DNA of 64,000 nt from an uncultured virus (IMG/VR IMGVR_UViG_3300032167_000055) (taxonomy: Duplodnaviria; Heunggongvirae; Uroviricota; Caudoviricetes), in the IMG/VR virus record IMGVR_UViG_3300032167_000055. One strand, given 5' to 3'. The first letter of the stretch is position 1; every line of letters begins with the position of its first letter. The position numbers and the translations under genes are program-made. Of the stretch, positions 20,668 to 32,800 are shown piece by piece. The notes under the pieces were generated by a model, which saw only the letters and a program-made list of their open reading frames with translations, was not told the origin of the DNA and ran no database searches.

Positions 20668-21321
20668 ATGATTAAAACTTATAAGAAAGGGAAGGTAACA
20701 CAACTTTCCAAAAATTTCAAAAGTACCGAATTTGATTGTAATGGTAAAAACTGCTGCACAGAAACTCCTATTGATGACGAACTCGTCAGAGTTTTACAGG
20801 AAGTAAGAAATCACTTTGGTGTTGCTGTTAATTTGAACTGTGGATATCGTTGCCCTGTTCATAATAGTAGAGTAAATGGTGCATCCCCCAACAGTCAGCA
20901 TATGAAGGGATATGCAGCTGATATTGTAGTTAAAGGCGTTCATCCTATGAGAGTAGGTCGTTTTATTGAAACCATCAGTGGGTTCAAAGGACGTATTGGT
21001 GTTTATTCTTGGGATGATAACGGATCTGGTTTCGTACATGTTGACACCAGAGGTACAAATAGTAGAGGAATCTACACTGAAAATAACGTGAATGCAACTG
21101 CTGTGAACCACTTTAATGTATCTATTAAGTATGGTTCCAAAGGTCGTCATGTTAAACTTGTTCAAAGAAAGCTTAAAGCTGTAGGATATTACACAAAGGC
21201 TATTGATATGTCTTGTGGATCCGGTATGAAAGAAGCTATCGGAAAATGGAATGCTGCTCATGGAAGACCTAATGATTATATTTGGGGTCCTTTATGTTGG
21301 AATGAAGCATTCCCTAAATAA
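20668..21321 (+). CDS. Peptidase M15A-family cell-wall hydrolase with a C-terminal peptidoglycan-binding domain
   Basis: 'NFKSTEFDC', 'GYRCPVHN..V.G...SQHMKGYAADI', 'FVHVDTR'; 'GSKGRHVKLVQRKL' PG-binding-like helix. Confidence 0.85.
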   Translation: MIKTYKKGKVTQLSKNFKSTEFDCNGKNCCTETPIDDELVRVLQEVRNHFGVAVNLNCGYRCPVHNSRVNGASPNSQHMKGYAADIVVKGVHPMRVGRFIETISGFKGRIGVYSWDDNGSGFVHVDTRGTNSRGIYTENNVNATAVNHFNVSIKYGSKGRHVKLVQRKLKAVGYYTKAIDMSCGSGMKEAIGKWNAAHGRPNDYIWGPLCWNEAFPK

Positions 21322-21348
21322 ATTCGTATACACATATGTTAGTATGGG

Positions 21349-21428
21349 ACGGAATTTAGTTAAGTAAAATTTCTGTAAGTCTCGATATTTCTCGAGACTT
21401 ACAGATTTCTTATTTAGCTAAATAGTAA
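21349..21428 (+). repeat. 80-bp hairpin element, copy 2 (opposite orientation)
   Basis: ACGGAATTTAGTTAAGTAAAATTTCTGTAAGTCTCGATATTTCTCGAGACTTACAGATTTCTTATTTAGCTAAATAGTAA. Confidence 0.95.
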
Positions 21429-21702
21429 CGCAGAAATAAATTATATTCAAACAGGTAGAATAATAAATAGTGTTGTTGCATCAAAAACTCGTACAACTTT
21501 TGATATAGAATTTGATACAGAATATAGAGTTGTACCTAAAGTATTTGCAACATTTATGTCAAATTCAGAAGATTATAATTATGGAAATCTTAATATTTGT
21601 ATAGGAAATATTTATAAAACTGGATTTGAACTTCATGTACACAATACAAATGATGGTGATTTAGAACCAGGTGTATTATGGATTGCAGTAGGTAAGATGT
21701 AA
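21418..21702 (+). other. Silent tail-fibre cassette 2 (H-type lectin/gp53-like domain)
   Basis: LNSNAEINYIQTG...FDTEYRVVPKVF...KTGF...VLWIAVGKM*; no start codon at its 5' end; not in the ORF track. Confidence 0.8.
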
Positions 21703-21778
21703 CATATAGTTTATATAAATAAAAGTGACTTCTAATTATATTTTTTACATTCCCTTAATCTGATTAAAGAGAAAGGAA

Positions 21779-23083
21779 ATGACAAATATGGCAACAAAGA
21801 AAACTGAACTTATTAGTGTTGAAGAAGCTTTGAGTAATATTGAAGGTCGTAAGACTATTGGAATCGTTGAAGCTTTAAAAAGCACAGATAAAAAAGATGA
21901 AGATTATTTTGACGGTAATGCGTCAGTTGTTACCTATAAAACAGGTATTCCTCAGCTTGATTATTATTTGGGATACCGTGTTAATGTATACGATAAAGAT
22001 GATCAGGTTATAGATTCATATCCTTCTATCGGTATTACTGGCGGTTCTATGGTTACGTTTATTGGAAAACCATCAACTGCAAAAACAACTACAGCTGCAC
22101 AGGTAGCTGCTAATATTGTAAGACCTTTTAAGAATGGTTTTATTGTTCACTTTGACCTTGAACAGGCAATGAATTATTCTCGTATTCAGAACTTAACAAA
22201 GTTCTCTATGAGTGATATTGCTGCAGGTAAGTATATACTTCGTCAAGAGCTTAATACTATTAATGATATTAAAGCTACATTGATGCGTATTTACAAGCAG
22301 AAAGTTGATCATCCTGACCTGTATAAATATAAAACAGGTAAATTAAATGAGTTTGGTGAAGAGATTGAAATCTTTGAACCTACTGTAATTATCATTGATT
22401 CCATTGCTACACTTAGCACAGGTTTCAATGAAAATGATAAAAAAGATATGGCTCGTTTGGAAGAAGTAGGTAGTCAAACAGAACGTATGAGAATTACCGG
22501 TGAAATCGGAAGATTCTTTAATGAAGTTCTTCCTTATCTTAGAAGAGCTAATATTATCTTGATTACTATCAATCAAATTAAAGACAAACCACAGCTTGGA
22601 TTTGTACATGAACCATCAGAGATTTTGTATCTTGCACAAAATGAAGCTCTTCCTGGAGGAAAAAGTCCTCAGTTTAATGCATCTATTCTACTTAAATTTG
22701 TAGCTGTAGGATCAGAGAAATATGAAATGGAAGATGATGGATTTGATGGTTTTGGTATTCGTGTAATGATTGTAAAATCTAGAGGAAACCAAGCAGGTCG
22801 ATTTGTCAGCCTTGTGTATGATAAGGTTAGAGGAATTGATCCTGTAAGATCTAGTATTGCATATGCAAAAGAACTTGGACTTACCGGCGGAAACAAAAAT
22901 AGCTTCTATTTCAATAATGAAAAAGATCGTAAGTTCTCATTGAAGAACGTTCATGAGGAGTTTAGAAAAGATAAGGAACTTTACAAGATTATGTTTGGAA
23001 ATATCGTTCCAGTTCTTGAAAGTAAATTGTCAATGCTTACTCAGGATGATCTTACTGTCATTGAAGAAGAAATGAATTATTAA
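21779..23083 (+). CDS. uvsX: RecA/UvsX-like recombinase
   Basis: Walker A 'GKPSTAKTT', 'HFDLEQA', Walker B 'IIIDSIA', 'INQI', 'PGGK'. Confidence 0.85.
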   Translation: MTNMATKKTELISVEEALSNIEGRKTIGIVEALKSTDKKDEDYFDGNASVVTYKTGIPQLDYYLGYRVNVYDKDDQVIDSYPSIGITGGSMVTFIGKPSTAKTTTAAQVAANIVRPFKNGFIVHFDLEQAMNYSRIQNLTKFSMSDIAAGKYILRQELNTINDIKATLMRIYKQKVDHPDLYKYKTGKLNEFGEEIEIFEPTVIIIDSIATLSTGFNENDKKDMARLEEVGSQTERMRITGEIGRFFNEVLPYLRRANIILITINQIKDKPQLGFVHEPSEILYLAQNEALPGGKSPQFNASILLKFVAVGSEKYEMEDDGFDGFGIRVMIVKSRGNQAGRFVSLVYDKVRGIDPVRSSIAYAKELGLTGGNKNSFYFNNEKDRKFSLKNVHEEFRKDKELYKIMFGNIVPVLESKLSMLTQDDLTVIEEEMNY

Positions 23084-23203
23084 AAAGTAAAAGTCTATAA
23101 ATACAAAGATATATTATTTTATAGATAAAGAAAAAAATAAATGAGGTAGAGTGAGAAATCATTCTACCTCACATTCTTTGTCAAAAATACAAGAAGGAGG
23201 AAA

Positions 23204-24811
23204 ATGCGTATGGATGACACATATGCAAACATTGGATACGTATCCAAAACCCAAAAAAGAGCCATAGTAAGAGGTCTTGATTTTCCAAACATAGAGGGGG
23301 ATGATTTTAAAGAAAGACCCGGTCTTATCATTAGTGATGTTTCGGAGTGTGCTGGTTTATTTAATGGTATTAACATTATTGCTGTGCCGCTTACCAGTTT
23401 ACCTTATTCGGATTTTGATATACCGGTTCTTACGGAGTTATCATCAGGTAAGAGAAAGATAAGTTACATTTCAACTAGTAACCAATTTCAGTTTCTCTTT
23501 AATGAAAAACTGATTTGGTCTATAACAGGATGCTCTGTATGTCCTGACAGAGTTTTCAATCTTGTTTTGAAGGTAAAGAAACTATTGTTAAAGGCTAGAA
23601 AGAAAGATTATGAAAAAGCCAAAATATTGGTAAAGGATTATCGTTTGCAGTTTATGAAAGCAAACAATATCACCATGATTCGATATTCTGTTGATATTGA
23701 CACAGATTATGTATTAAATCTTGACGGTTCTGAAGAGTATTTGAAAGTGAAAGGTGTTACAAGGGTAACGGTTTTTGAGAGTAAGGATGTAACTTCTATA
23801 GTTCCAGAAATATCAGGAACTAATCGAGACGACGTTGATTCTACATCGGATTATATTAACGAATCTGAAGAAAATGATGATGTTCCTGAACAGATTATTA
23901 TTGATGCAGTATCTGAAAGTATCGAAGAATCTGCTCCAACTAAAATTATTGAGAAAATTAATCTTGATGATGATTTCTTAGCTAAAGCATTTATATTCAC
24001 AGGATATGGTGCAAATTACGTATCAGTAAATGATTTCATAATGATGTATAAATATTATTGTGATATATCTAGTAGTGAAGATGCAGAAGTTGAGGTTAGT
24101 TCGGAGAAAGATATTGAAGCTGCACTAAGAAGAATGTATCCGTCTGTAGGAAAGAGAAAAAGCAGAATGTATACGTTATTCAATACAGTCTTTAAAATAC
24201 CTCTCCACGGTTACTCTGGTATGAAATGGAATTTTGAATTCCTTAGAGAAATTGATTATGAACAGGTTAAAGTTCGTGATGAATATTCTCAATATCTCGG
24301 TAATTATGATTCAATAGAAAATGTATATACCGGACCAGTATCACCAAAGAATATTGATATTCATGAAAGTTCAAGTGTTCGGTACAATAGTACAACAGGT
24401 CAAATTTATGAAAATGATGACGAACCTGAATCAGTATATGAGGACGCTAATGGTACAATAGGAAATGCATTTGCAGAAGCGTTTAAGAAAATGAGTATCA
24501 CGACTGAACCCAAAGAAGAACCGAAAGTCGAAACAAAGATTGAAAAATCTAAGGTTGAAGAAACTGTTACACCTGCTACGAAAGAAAAGGTTGAAAAGAA
24601 ATCTAAATATGTAAAAGTTTCAAAAGCTACAGATGATGAATTACTTAACTTTATTAAGCTTATTAATAACAGCGGTACTTGCGTTGAGGTCGCAATTAAG
24701 CTTGATTGTACATCATCTACAGTAGTACATCGTTTTAATCAAACTATGAAAGAACTAGAAAGACGAGGACTTTCAAAACATATTATTGAATGGCCTTTTA
24801 AGAAAGGTTAA
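23204..24811 (+). CDS. Protein with a PemK/MazF-like N-terminal domain and possible C-terminal HTH
   Basis: 'KERPGLIIS...IIAVPLTS' resembles the PemK motif; the C-terminal 'VEVAIKLDCTSSTVVHR' is HTH-like. Confidence 0.5.
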   Translation: MRMDDTYANIGYVSKTQKRAIVRGLDFPNIEGDDFKERPGLIISDVSECAGLFNGINIIAVPLTSLPYSDFDIPVLTELSSGKRKISYISTSNQFQFLFNEKLIWSITGCSVCPDRVFNLVLKVKKLLLKARKKDYEKAKILVKDYRLQFMKANNITMIRYSVDIDTDYVLNLDGSEEYLKVKGVTRVTVFESKDVTSIVPEISGTNRDDVDSTSDYINESEENDDVPEQIIIDAVSESIEESAPTKIIEKINLDDDFLAKAFIFTGYGANYVSVNDFIMMYKYYCDISSSEDAEVEVSSEKDIEAALRRMYPSVGKRKSRMYTLFNTVFKIPLHGYSGMKWNFEFLREIDYEQVKVRDEYSQYLGNYDSIENVYTGPVSPKNIDIHESSSVRYNSTTGQIYENDDEPESVYEDANGTIGNAFAEAFKKMSITTEPKEEPKVETKIEKSKVEETVTPATKEKVEKKSKYVKVSKATDDELLNFIKLINNSGTCVEVAIKLDCTSSTVVHRFNQTMKELERRGLSKHIIEWPFKKG

Positions 24812-24949
24812 TACTGGGAGAAGAGTTTCGTGATATTTACGAAACTCTTCTTTTTTATGTCTTTACTCACATTCTATTAATTTTTTCCTATTTTTAAAAT
24901 ATGATAATACATTATATTTTTAGGAAAAGAAAGGAGTGGCTCACAGGAG

Positions 24950-27900
24950 ATGGCTAAAGAAAAATATAACTTACGAGAAGCTTTACTTAAAAGCGATGAA
25001 TTATTTAGAGGTGATCGATCTATCGAAGGTAAGGGTATGCTTACGATGCCTCAGTACAACAACAGTATGCGAAGTGTTATGTTCGCATCTCATTTAAACC
25101 AATATAAAAATCAGTTATACCCTGATTTCCCACAGTTCTTTACAGGTGGCGAAAATGTTGTAGGAAAGTATTCTGATGGTTATAAGAAATTAAATGAGTC
25201 CGTTGTTTATCGTAAAATTGTAAAATTTGAAGGACTTGTTGAACACCCTACAGTGTTTAAGATCTTTTTATATAATAAAACTAAAAAGATGTTTGAAGTA
25301 ATTGAACGTAAACCAGATGAAGATTTGGTAGAAGTATTTGGTTACAGATACAACACTGATGTTATTGACTCTTTTGAAGAGGGTCAAGAAATTGATGAAG
25401 GTACTATTGCATACAGATCTACTTCATATGATGAACACATGAATTATTCATATGGAAAAGACGTTCTTACTATGTATTCTTTAGAACCTTTCACATCTGA
25501 AGATGCAGCAATTGTTTCTGATGAACTTGCTAAGAAAATGGTAGCACCTGAAACAGAATATAATATTGCTACACTCAATGAAAACGATTATCCACTTAAC
25601 CTTTATGGGGATGAAACGGAATATAAAGTATTCCCTAATATTGGAGAGTTTTCTTCTGGTATTTTAATGGCAACCAGAAGAAAATTTAATAATCAGGTTT
25701 TGTTTGATTTCAAAGCAGATATGCTTGATCATGCTACTGATACCGATACTAAGTATTATTTGAACGGTAAAGTTGTTGATATTGATATTTATTGTAACAA
25801 CGAAGAATTACCTGACAATTCATTCTATCATCAGATATATACATATTGGTGTTATCAGAATGCATATTACAGACAAATCAAACAGACATGTGAAGAGATA
25901 TTCGCAACAGGTGAAAAATATTCTAATGATGTGGATTATGCGTATAAAAGAGCATGTGAAATGCTTGACTTAGAGAAGAAGTGGAAAGAAAAAGATTCTG
26001 CTTTCTCTAATGTACAGATTCATATTTTGGTTGAAAGAGAAGTAGGATTAACTGTCGGACAAAAAGTTTCAGGTCGTTATGGAAACAAATCTGTTATAGC
26101 TTCTATTAGACCAAAAGAAGAAATGCCGTATTACTATGACGCTGATGGAAATAAAGTATATGTTGAAATGATCTTTAATATGCTTGCGATTATTAACAGA
26201 ACAACAGCCGGACCAATCATGGAACTGGCAACTAACTTTATTGGTAAGAGGGTTAGTGAGACAATGCGTCATATGAAAACGATGAAGGAAAAAGATAAGT
26301 TACTTTTCGATGTTATTAATATATTTAACCCGGATGAGTATATTTATCTTAAGAATATTTACAAAGGACTTGATACTGAAGGTAAGAAAACATTCCTTAA
26401 GTATTGTGAGGAAAAGAAGATTCACTTTAATCAACCTTCAATGTCAGAAAGTAGTCCAATATTCTATCGTATTATGGAACTTAAGAATAAATATGAGAAT
26501 ATCTTAAAACCGGATAAGATGTATATTCAGAAATTCGGAAGAGAAATTCCTTGTATTCAGGATTCTTATATTGCGAATATGTACACAATTATGCTTAAAC
26601 AAACAGCAAAGAAAGGTTTCTCCGTACGAGGAATTGGTGCTGTTAGTAGTAAGGGTGTACCTGAAAGAAGCTATAAATCCAAATCTCATAAAGATTTATA
26701 CTCTTCAACTGCAATTCGTTTTGGTGAATTTGAGACGCTTAAAATTAGGCGCAGTGCGTAGTAATATGTACTGAAAACCTCTTTAATTGCTGGGAACTCT
26801 CGTGAGAGACAATCAGCAGCGAAACTTATGATGATATATTATTCTCTTGATATATAAATAAAGGAGATTGATATATGTATAACGATATTGATGAAATATG
26901 GAAACCTATTATAATTAATGACGAAGAAACAAAATACCTAGTGTCTAATCTAGGACGAATTTATAGTACTAAAAATAATATGATTTTAAAACCACTTCCA
27001 ACAAACAACGGATACCTTCGAGTATGTATTTACTTGAAAAATGGAAAATCTGTATATAAATCTATTCATAGGTTGGTTGCAATTGCGTTTATTCCAAATG
27101 ATGATCAATTGCCAGTTGTTAATCATAAAGACGGAGATAAACATAATAACTATGTCGATAACTTAGAATGGCTTACATATTCAGAAAATAATATTCATGC
27201 ATTCGAAACAGGATTGAACACATATAGATATGGCGATAATTCACACTTCGCTAAATATTCTAAAGATCAAGTGATTGAATCGTGTGAACTTATGGAAAGT
27301 GGTATGTTTACAATAAAAGAAATTGAATTGATGACTGGTATAGATGGTGCTATGTTATATATGATTAAAAATCGATTATCATGGATTAATATATCAATAT
27401 TTTATGATGTTGAAAATTGTAAACAAACGAAATCAGAATATTCTGAAGAACAAATAGAAAATGTCTTTAAACTACTATCAGAAAACAAATTATCTGTATA
27501 TGAAATCATGGATATTACTAATGTGAAGACGTCTACTATCTATAATATTCTCATTCATAGATACGATAAATTTAAATATCTATATGAGTTTTATGATGTT
27601 GATAAATACACATCGAGTGATAAGAAATTACCAGATATTGATATTGATGTACAGAATGAAGTATTTGGTTATATTAGAAATAATAAATCTACGAAAGATA
27701 TTATCAATATAATTCATTCTAAATACAATATAAATTCTGATCGAATTCGTCATTTTATTAATCGTTATAAACATAAGAACGTTCAACGACTATCGAAAGG
27801 GTAACTTAAGAGAAAGACTTAAGTGAGTAACTGAGTAGAGTAGGAAGTAATTCCGAAATGGGAGGCAACCAATAATTGGTAATAGATTATTGGTTGAAGA

Positions 27901-28494
27901 TATAGTCTGATCTTTATAGTGATATAAAGTTAACACACATGTAATTTCACCGTTGCGATGATGCCGGAAGAAGTAGCACTTATTCATGCTTTATATAGAA
28001 CTTCTGTTAAAGCAAGAAGAGATTTAGGTAAAGCTTTACTTGATAATGAACCTGTAATTACAGTAAGTAAATCATATGATTCACGTGTTGCAGAGTTCTT
28101 TGAAATTATCCTAAAATCATTAGGATTTTCAATTGAGTTCTTAGATGGTGATGATGATCTTAAAGAACTTAATACTACAGATATGGAGTGGTTCGAACTT
28201 ACTAATGGAAAGAGTTTATTCTGTAGTGAATATGATAAATTCATTATTGACAGACGTCAGGAAATTGCAGATGAACTTCTTGAAGAATTTGGTGCTTTAA
28301 ACATTGACGAACTTAATGAAATGATCGATGAAGAAATTGAAGCACGTCAATATTTCATTGGTAGTTATGATGGAACCAAAGATTTCTATTTGAACTGTGT
28401 AGAGGGAACTAATATTAGAAGAGAAGTAAAATCTAACGAAGAGATTACTGCTAATATTGGTGAACTTATGGATGTAGAAGTTCCGTTAGAATAA
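24950..28494 (+). CDS. Phage RNA polymerase beta-like subunit (probably non-virion), two exons (24950-26739, 27942-28494; 780 aa)
   Basis: 'SEDAAIVS', 'GQKVSGRYGNKSVI', 'IINRT', 'MLKQ', spliced 'IRFGEFETLNF'. Confidence 0.85.
26740..27941 (+). mobile_element. Group I intron in the RNAP beta gene, carrying an HNH ORF
   Basis: P1 CGCU-U/AGGCG with U-G at the splice site; core AATTGCTGGGAAC, AATCAGCAGCG, GTTCAACGACTATCG, GAAGATATAGTCT; terminal G at 27941. Confidence 0.88.
26875..27804 (+). CDS. Intron-encoded NUMOD4/HNH homing endonuclease
   Basis: 'EIWKPI...YLVSNLGRI' (NUMOD4), 'IHRLVAIAFIPN...VNHKDGDKHNNYVDNLEW'. Confidence 0.9.
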   Translation: MYNDIDEIWKPIIINDEETKYLVSNLGRIYSTKNNMILKPLPTNNGYLRVCIYLKNGKSVYKSIHRLVAIAFIPNDDQLPVVNHKDGDKHNNYVDNLEWLTYSENNIHAFETGLNTYRYGDNSHFAKYSKDQVIESCELMESGMFTIKEIELMTGIDGAMLYMIKNRLSWINISIFYDVENCKQTKSEYSEEQIENVFKLLSENKLSVYEIMDITNVKTSTIYNILIHRYDKFKYLYEFYDVDKYTSSDKKLPDIDIDVQNEVFGYIRNNKSTKDIINIIHSKYNINSDRIRHFINRYKHKNVQRLSKG

Positions 28495-28566
28495 ATTTAA
28501 TCAGGTATGAGAGAAATCTCATACCTGACTTTTTTATTATTTTTTGATAATATAATTCTTTATGTA

Positions 28567-29166
28567 TTAAATGAAAAACTCATTTACATATAATGGGATA
28601 CTGACTGAAATTGTTTGACGAGGATATAGATATACTGCTCCGCCAGTTGTAATGGTTAAATTAGCTGTATATATTTTTCCGTCAGATGTAGTTGAAATAC
28701 ATATTTCTTTTTTAAATTCACGTGAAGGTAAATAATTACTATTAGTAATGGTTGTAAGATGATAGGATGTTTTTGCTATTAAATCAGCACTTGGGGTAGA
28801 ATTAAAAAATATATTTTTTATTTTACCGCTTTTTGATACAGTAACTTGAATATATGACGATGTAAAACTATCTACAACAGGATCAAATGATTCTTGAAAT
28901 GCTAGTGTTTTTAGTATATATCCATTTTCATGAATAGTCGATCTATTCCATAAATATACTTTTCCGGTATTTGCTATATCTGCAAATAAAATAGATCCTA
29001 CATCACCTGATGTTCGAGAAATACCGACATACATAGAATTACTATCACCTAAATAACAAAATCCTGATTTCACTGAACTAAATTGTGTATGCATTGTATA
29101 TGCTAAATCATTAACATTTCCATTAGATCCAAACGTCCATGTAGGAGGGTAATTCTTACTATTTAG
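28567..29166 (-). other. Silent tail-fibre cassette 3
   Basis: Frame opens LNSKNYPPTWTFG... directly at the element core and continues into track ORF 28567-29094. Confidence 0.8.
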
Positions 29167-29235
29167 CTAAATAAAGAATCTGTAAGTCCCGAGAAATATC
29201 GAGACTTACAGAAATTTTACTTAACTAAATTCCGT
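29156..29235 (-). repeat. 80-bp hairpin element, copy 3
   Basis: Near-identical to the other copies. Confidence 0.95.
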
Positions 29236-29262
29236 AACAGCACTTCAAACTACTTTTCTATG

Positions 29263-29420
29263 AACCGTAAAGTCAGCATTTTCAAACATATAATATTTTT
29301 GTGAATAAAAAATAAATTACATAGCGCTATAGCATGAAACGTAATGATCTATAGGCAAATATAACTAAATATAAAATTAAATATGGTGGAGGATAAAATA
29401 TCCAAGAGCCGGAGGTACTT
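29263..29420 (+). promoter_or_regulatory. Conserved promoter plus 5' leader, copy B
   Basis: Shares ordered sequence blocks with 15872-16085. Confidence 0.7.
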
Positions 29421-29804
29421 ATGAGTAAAGAGATTAAGAAGTTTAGTAGTATTGAAGAATTGAATGGTTTCATTTCTGATGGTAAGATTATTTATAGTCT
29501 TGCAAATAGTGGTAATATCTGGTTTGTAGAGTGTGAAACTAATTCTATAAATACCCGTACTACTGTTAGTGTACCTGATGAATTTGAAGAACTTATTGAA
29601 AAGGCTATTCGACTTGGTTATATCGAAGTAAGTGAGTTTGCAGGTAGCAAACAGTTTAGAGTAAACTACTGTAAAAATTGTTGTTCATTGGCTCTTGGTC
29701 ATTCTGATGTTATAAAGAAACAAATGATAGAATTTTGTTACAAATATGAGACAGGAATGACGACAAGACGTGAGCTTGAGGAATATGTAGAGCTTAAAAA
29801 ATAA
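29421..29804 (+). CDS. Hypothetical protein
   Basis: 127-aa ORF with GGAGGT RBS. Confidence 0.7.
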   Translation: MSKEIKKFSSIEELNGFISDGKIIYSLANSGNIWFVECETNSINTRTTVSVPDEFEELIEKAIRLGYIEVSEFAGSKQFRVNYCKNCCSLALGHSDVIKKQMIEFCYKYETGMTTRRELEEYVELKK

Positions 29805-29844
29805 AAGAAAACGACAGTTGGAATTTACCAACTGTCGTTCTTTT

Positions 29845-32800
29845 TTATAACTCTTTCTTAAGAGTAGACTTAAGCATATTACCTTTAGTAACCAAATCAG
29901 TCTTAATTCCCATACCAATAAAGTAGGCATCTACTGTATTAAGGGTTGTTTTATTATTGACATCATATGTCAAATCATTCAATTTAACGTAACCTTGTTT
30001 AGAGATATCTGATAGCATTTCACGTTTAGCAACCATATCATCAGCTCTAGGTCCATTAAGTTCACGTAAACACTCCGTCATACCAAGAGAAACCAACATG
30101 ATATTTTCAAGATCGGATTCTCGACCATTCTTATCAGCACCAGTAACCTGACCAGTTAAAGGTGAACGAATATCACTAGAAGTTGAAATACCATTCTTTT
30201 TTGCTACTGTTTGCTGGGTTCGTTTGATATGAATATATCCAACTGGAACAGGAGTTCTTGTTCTTACAGTTTTTCCTTTATCCATCGTGATATGAGGTAA
30301 ATACACATATTCGAATAATGGGACATTAATAACTTTTGCAGCTCTTTCAATGTCGTCCATAGAAATAGTCCTCTCATAATCAACGATATCTAAAATTAAA
30401 TAAGCATCTTCGTCCATGAAAAATCCTTTAAACCAGCGTCTAAATGCAGACGGACTCATTGGATCAAACATATCTTTATACTTATTGGTATTTGTCTTTG
30501 TTTTGTCGAATGCTGTAAAGAAGCGATAAATAATATTTGTCATTTCTTCTTTACACGTTTCATCATCAGGTTTACTTGTAAAAATTTCTTGGAGTTTTCT
30601 CTTAAGTTCTACCAAGCATTTATTACCAAGAGATGTAAGTAAGATCGAAGGTGTCATACGTTTAAGTACAGAGTTTGCTGCAATAAAAGTACTCACTTCT
30701 TCATCTTTTCTAAAGTCAGAATATGGTTCATATCCAGGAGGAATAACTTCGCCGATTGTAGCCTTCAACCCAGTAAAATACGCAACTTTTGAGCCTATCT
30801 CAAGATATTCTTCATGTTTAATATAAAACTCAATCAATACACCATCTTCAATTTTTTGACCTTTCAACACACCATATTTATTAGGTGCAACTTTACCAGT
30901 CGTTTCATTGAAAAGTAAACCACATTTAACGATTGAATCGTTATCATCATACTTAGTAAGAAGTTTCTTCTTTTCATTAATCTTATGGTAATACTTACCA
31001 AAAATTTTCTGAAGAGAGGGACTAAGATCACTAAGATCAACTGTAGAATACATCTTAATATCTTCAATTACTCCTGCAATCTTAGACTGGATGTTATTTC
31101 TACTATTTTCAATTACTCCTTCTTTTAAAGCACCACTTAATGTGGAAAGAAGTTTATTAAGTTCATCATCTTCATATGAAGTATCAAACTGAACTAAGGA
31201 AGATCCTACATCTACCTTATCACCTACTTTAGCAATATAATCGACAGTTGCATTTTTACCAATAACAACCTGTTTATTAAATACCATTTCAGTAGCCATC
31301 TCATGAGATAACTTATCAGTAATTACTGTAGAATCTTGGTATGTGTTATATGTGGACATAATAGCAATTTTAGCCATAGTTCCCATATTAAATCTACTAC
31401 CTGTATACATATTAGACTTAAAGAAGTCTTTATGCCATGCAAGTAAGTCATTCTTTTTAAATTTATCTCCAAGTTTGAGATTCGTAATAAGTGTATTAGC
31501 AATGTAAAAACCACCGCCACCATTTTTCTCAATCTGAGATTTTGTATTAATAGCTTGGCAAGTACCATCTTTATATCTACAAATGATAATACCAAGATCT
31601 TCATTTACTTCAACAACTTCACCATCCTGTTTTGCATTGATAACGAAGTCTGTTGATAAATCAAATCTAATAGCTTCTTCCGCACCGTTTGAAATGAGTA
31701 CAGGAGATGAATGTTTTACAGGTATAACGTGCTTGCTCTGCTTTATTCCATGACCAGTTCTTGTGGGGTCATCACGTGTAGGTCCTAACGGACATAAAAT
31801 CTCGGCAGGAGAGAAAAGGTTAACATCCTTAAGTTCTTTTTCATTATCAGTAACTTTCACGTATCCTCTAGCTGATACGATATTTGGTTCAAGTGTAAGA
31901 GTTTTCTGAACACCAACCGAACCATCAGGTGACGTTGAAAGACCAATTATACCTACCATTGATTTATCATATACACGTTTATCCTGAGTATAAGTTCTAT
32001 CTTCATTAATACCTCTCCAACCTTTATACATGGTTGTATGAGTTCTTTCCATTTCAAGTAATGGATTAAGTGTAGAATATTCTTCTACTGTAGGAAGAGC
32101 TAATAATTTCTTAATAACATCATCCCTAGCAATAGTAAGTTTCTTTCTTCCATTAGAATTCTTATAAATTACATACTGCTTAGCAATAGAATCATAAAGA
32201 ATTGCAGGAATAATTTCAGTTCTTCTTATACGACATAAATGCTGATTATAATCAGGTGTATACTGAGAATCAGCAAGAAGTGAATTTGCATAAATACAAA
32301 GTGGAACGAACTGAGTAGGCAGATTTAAATCTGCAAGTATTTCTTTTGTAATAGGATCAATAGTAAACTCATACGTATTCATCAAAGCATTAGAGATATT
32401 TCTCTTACCATATACTTTAACGAAATAATTCATATAAGGTTCTTTTGTCTCCATTTCAGCAATTTCATATTCTTTAGTTTCAATTAATCTGAAACCATTC
32501 ATTACAAGAGACTGTGCAACGTTTTCAGTATACACAAGAACACAATCCTTAAACTGAATAAAAGATTCACCAACTTTCAAAGTCTTAGGAACTTTTTCTT
32601 CCAGTCTATAATCAAGATTAAGCGCTTTTAAAACACTTCCCATTCCTTCCCAGAATCCCATAAGTAATCCAAGAGACACTTTTTGAGACATGGTTGTTGC
32701 TGCTGAATACATAAGACGTTTAGGGGTTTTAATACTTTCATATTTATCTCTAAACTCTTCCGGAAGGTTATCTAAAATAACCTCTGCTATAGAACGATTA

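Noticed and set aside
21779..23083. UvsX or the 41412-42209 nuclease as the dedicated switching enzyme
   Set aside because: Both look like ordinary jumbo-phage core genes, 11 bp is short for RecA-type recombination, and nothing in the sequence links them to the elements.
29156..29235. Element as a plain terminator or REP/MITE
   Set aside because: This does not explain the invariant in-frame link to fibre domains or the split copy at the complete gene; an additional terminator role is not excluded.
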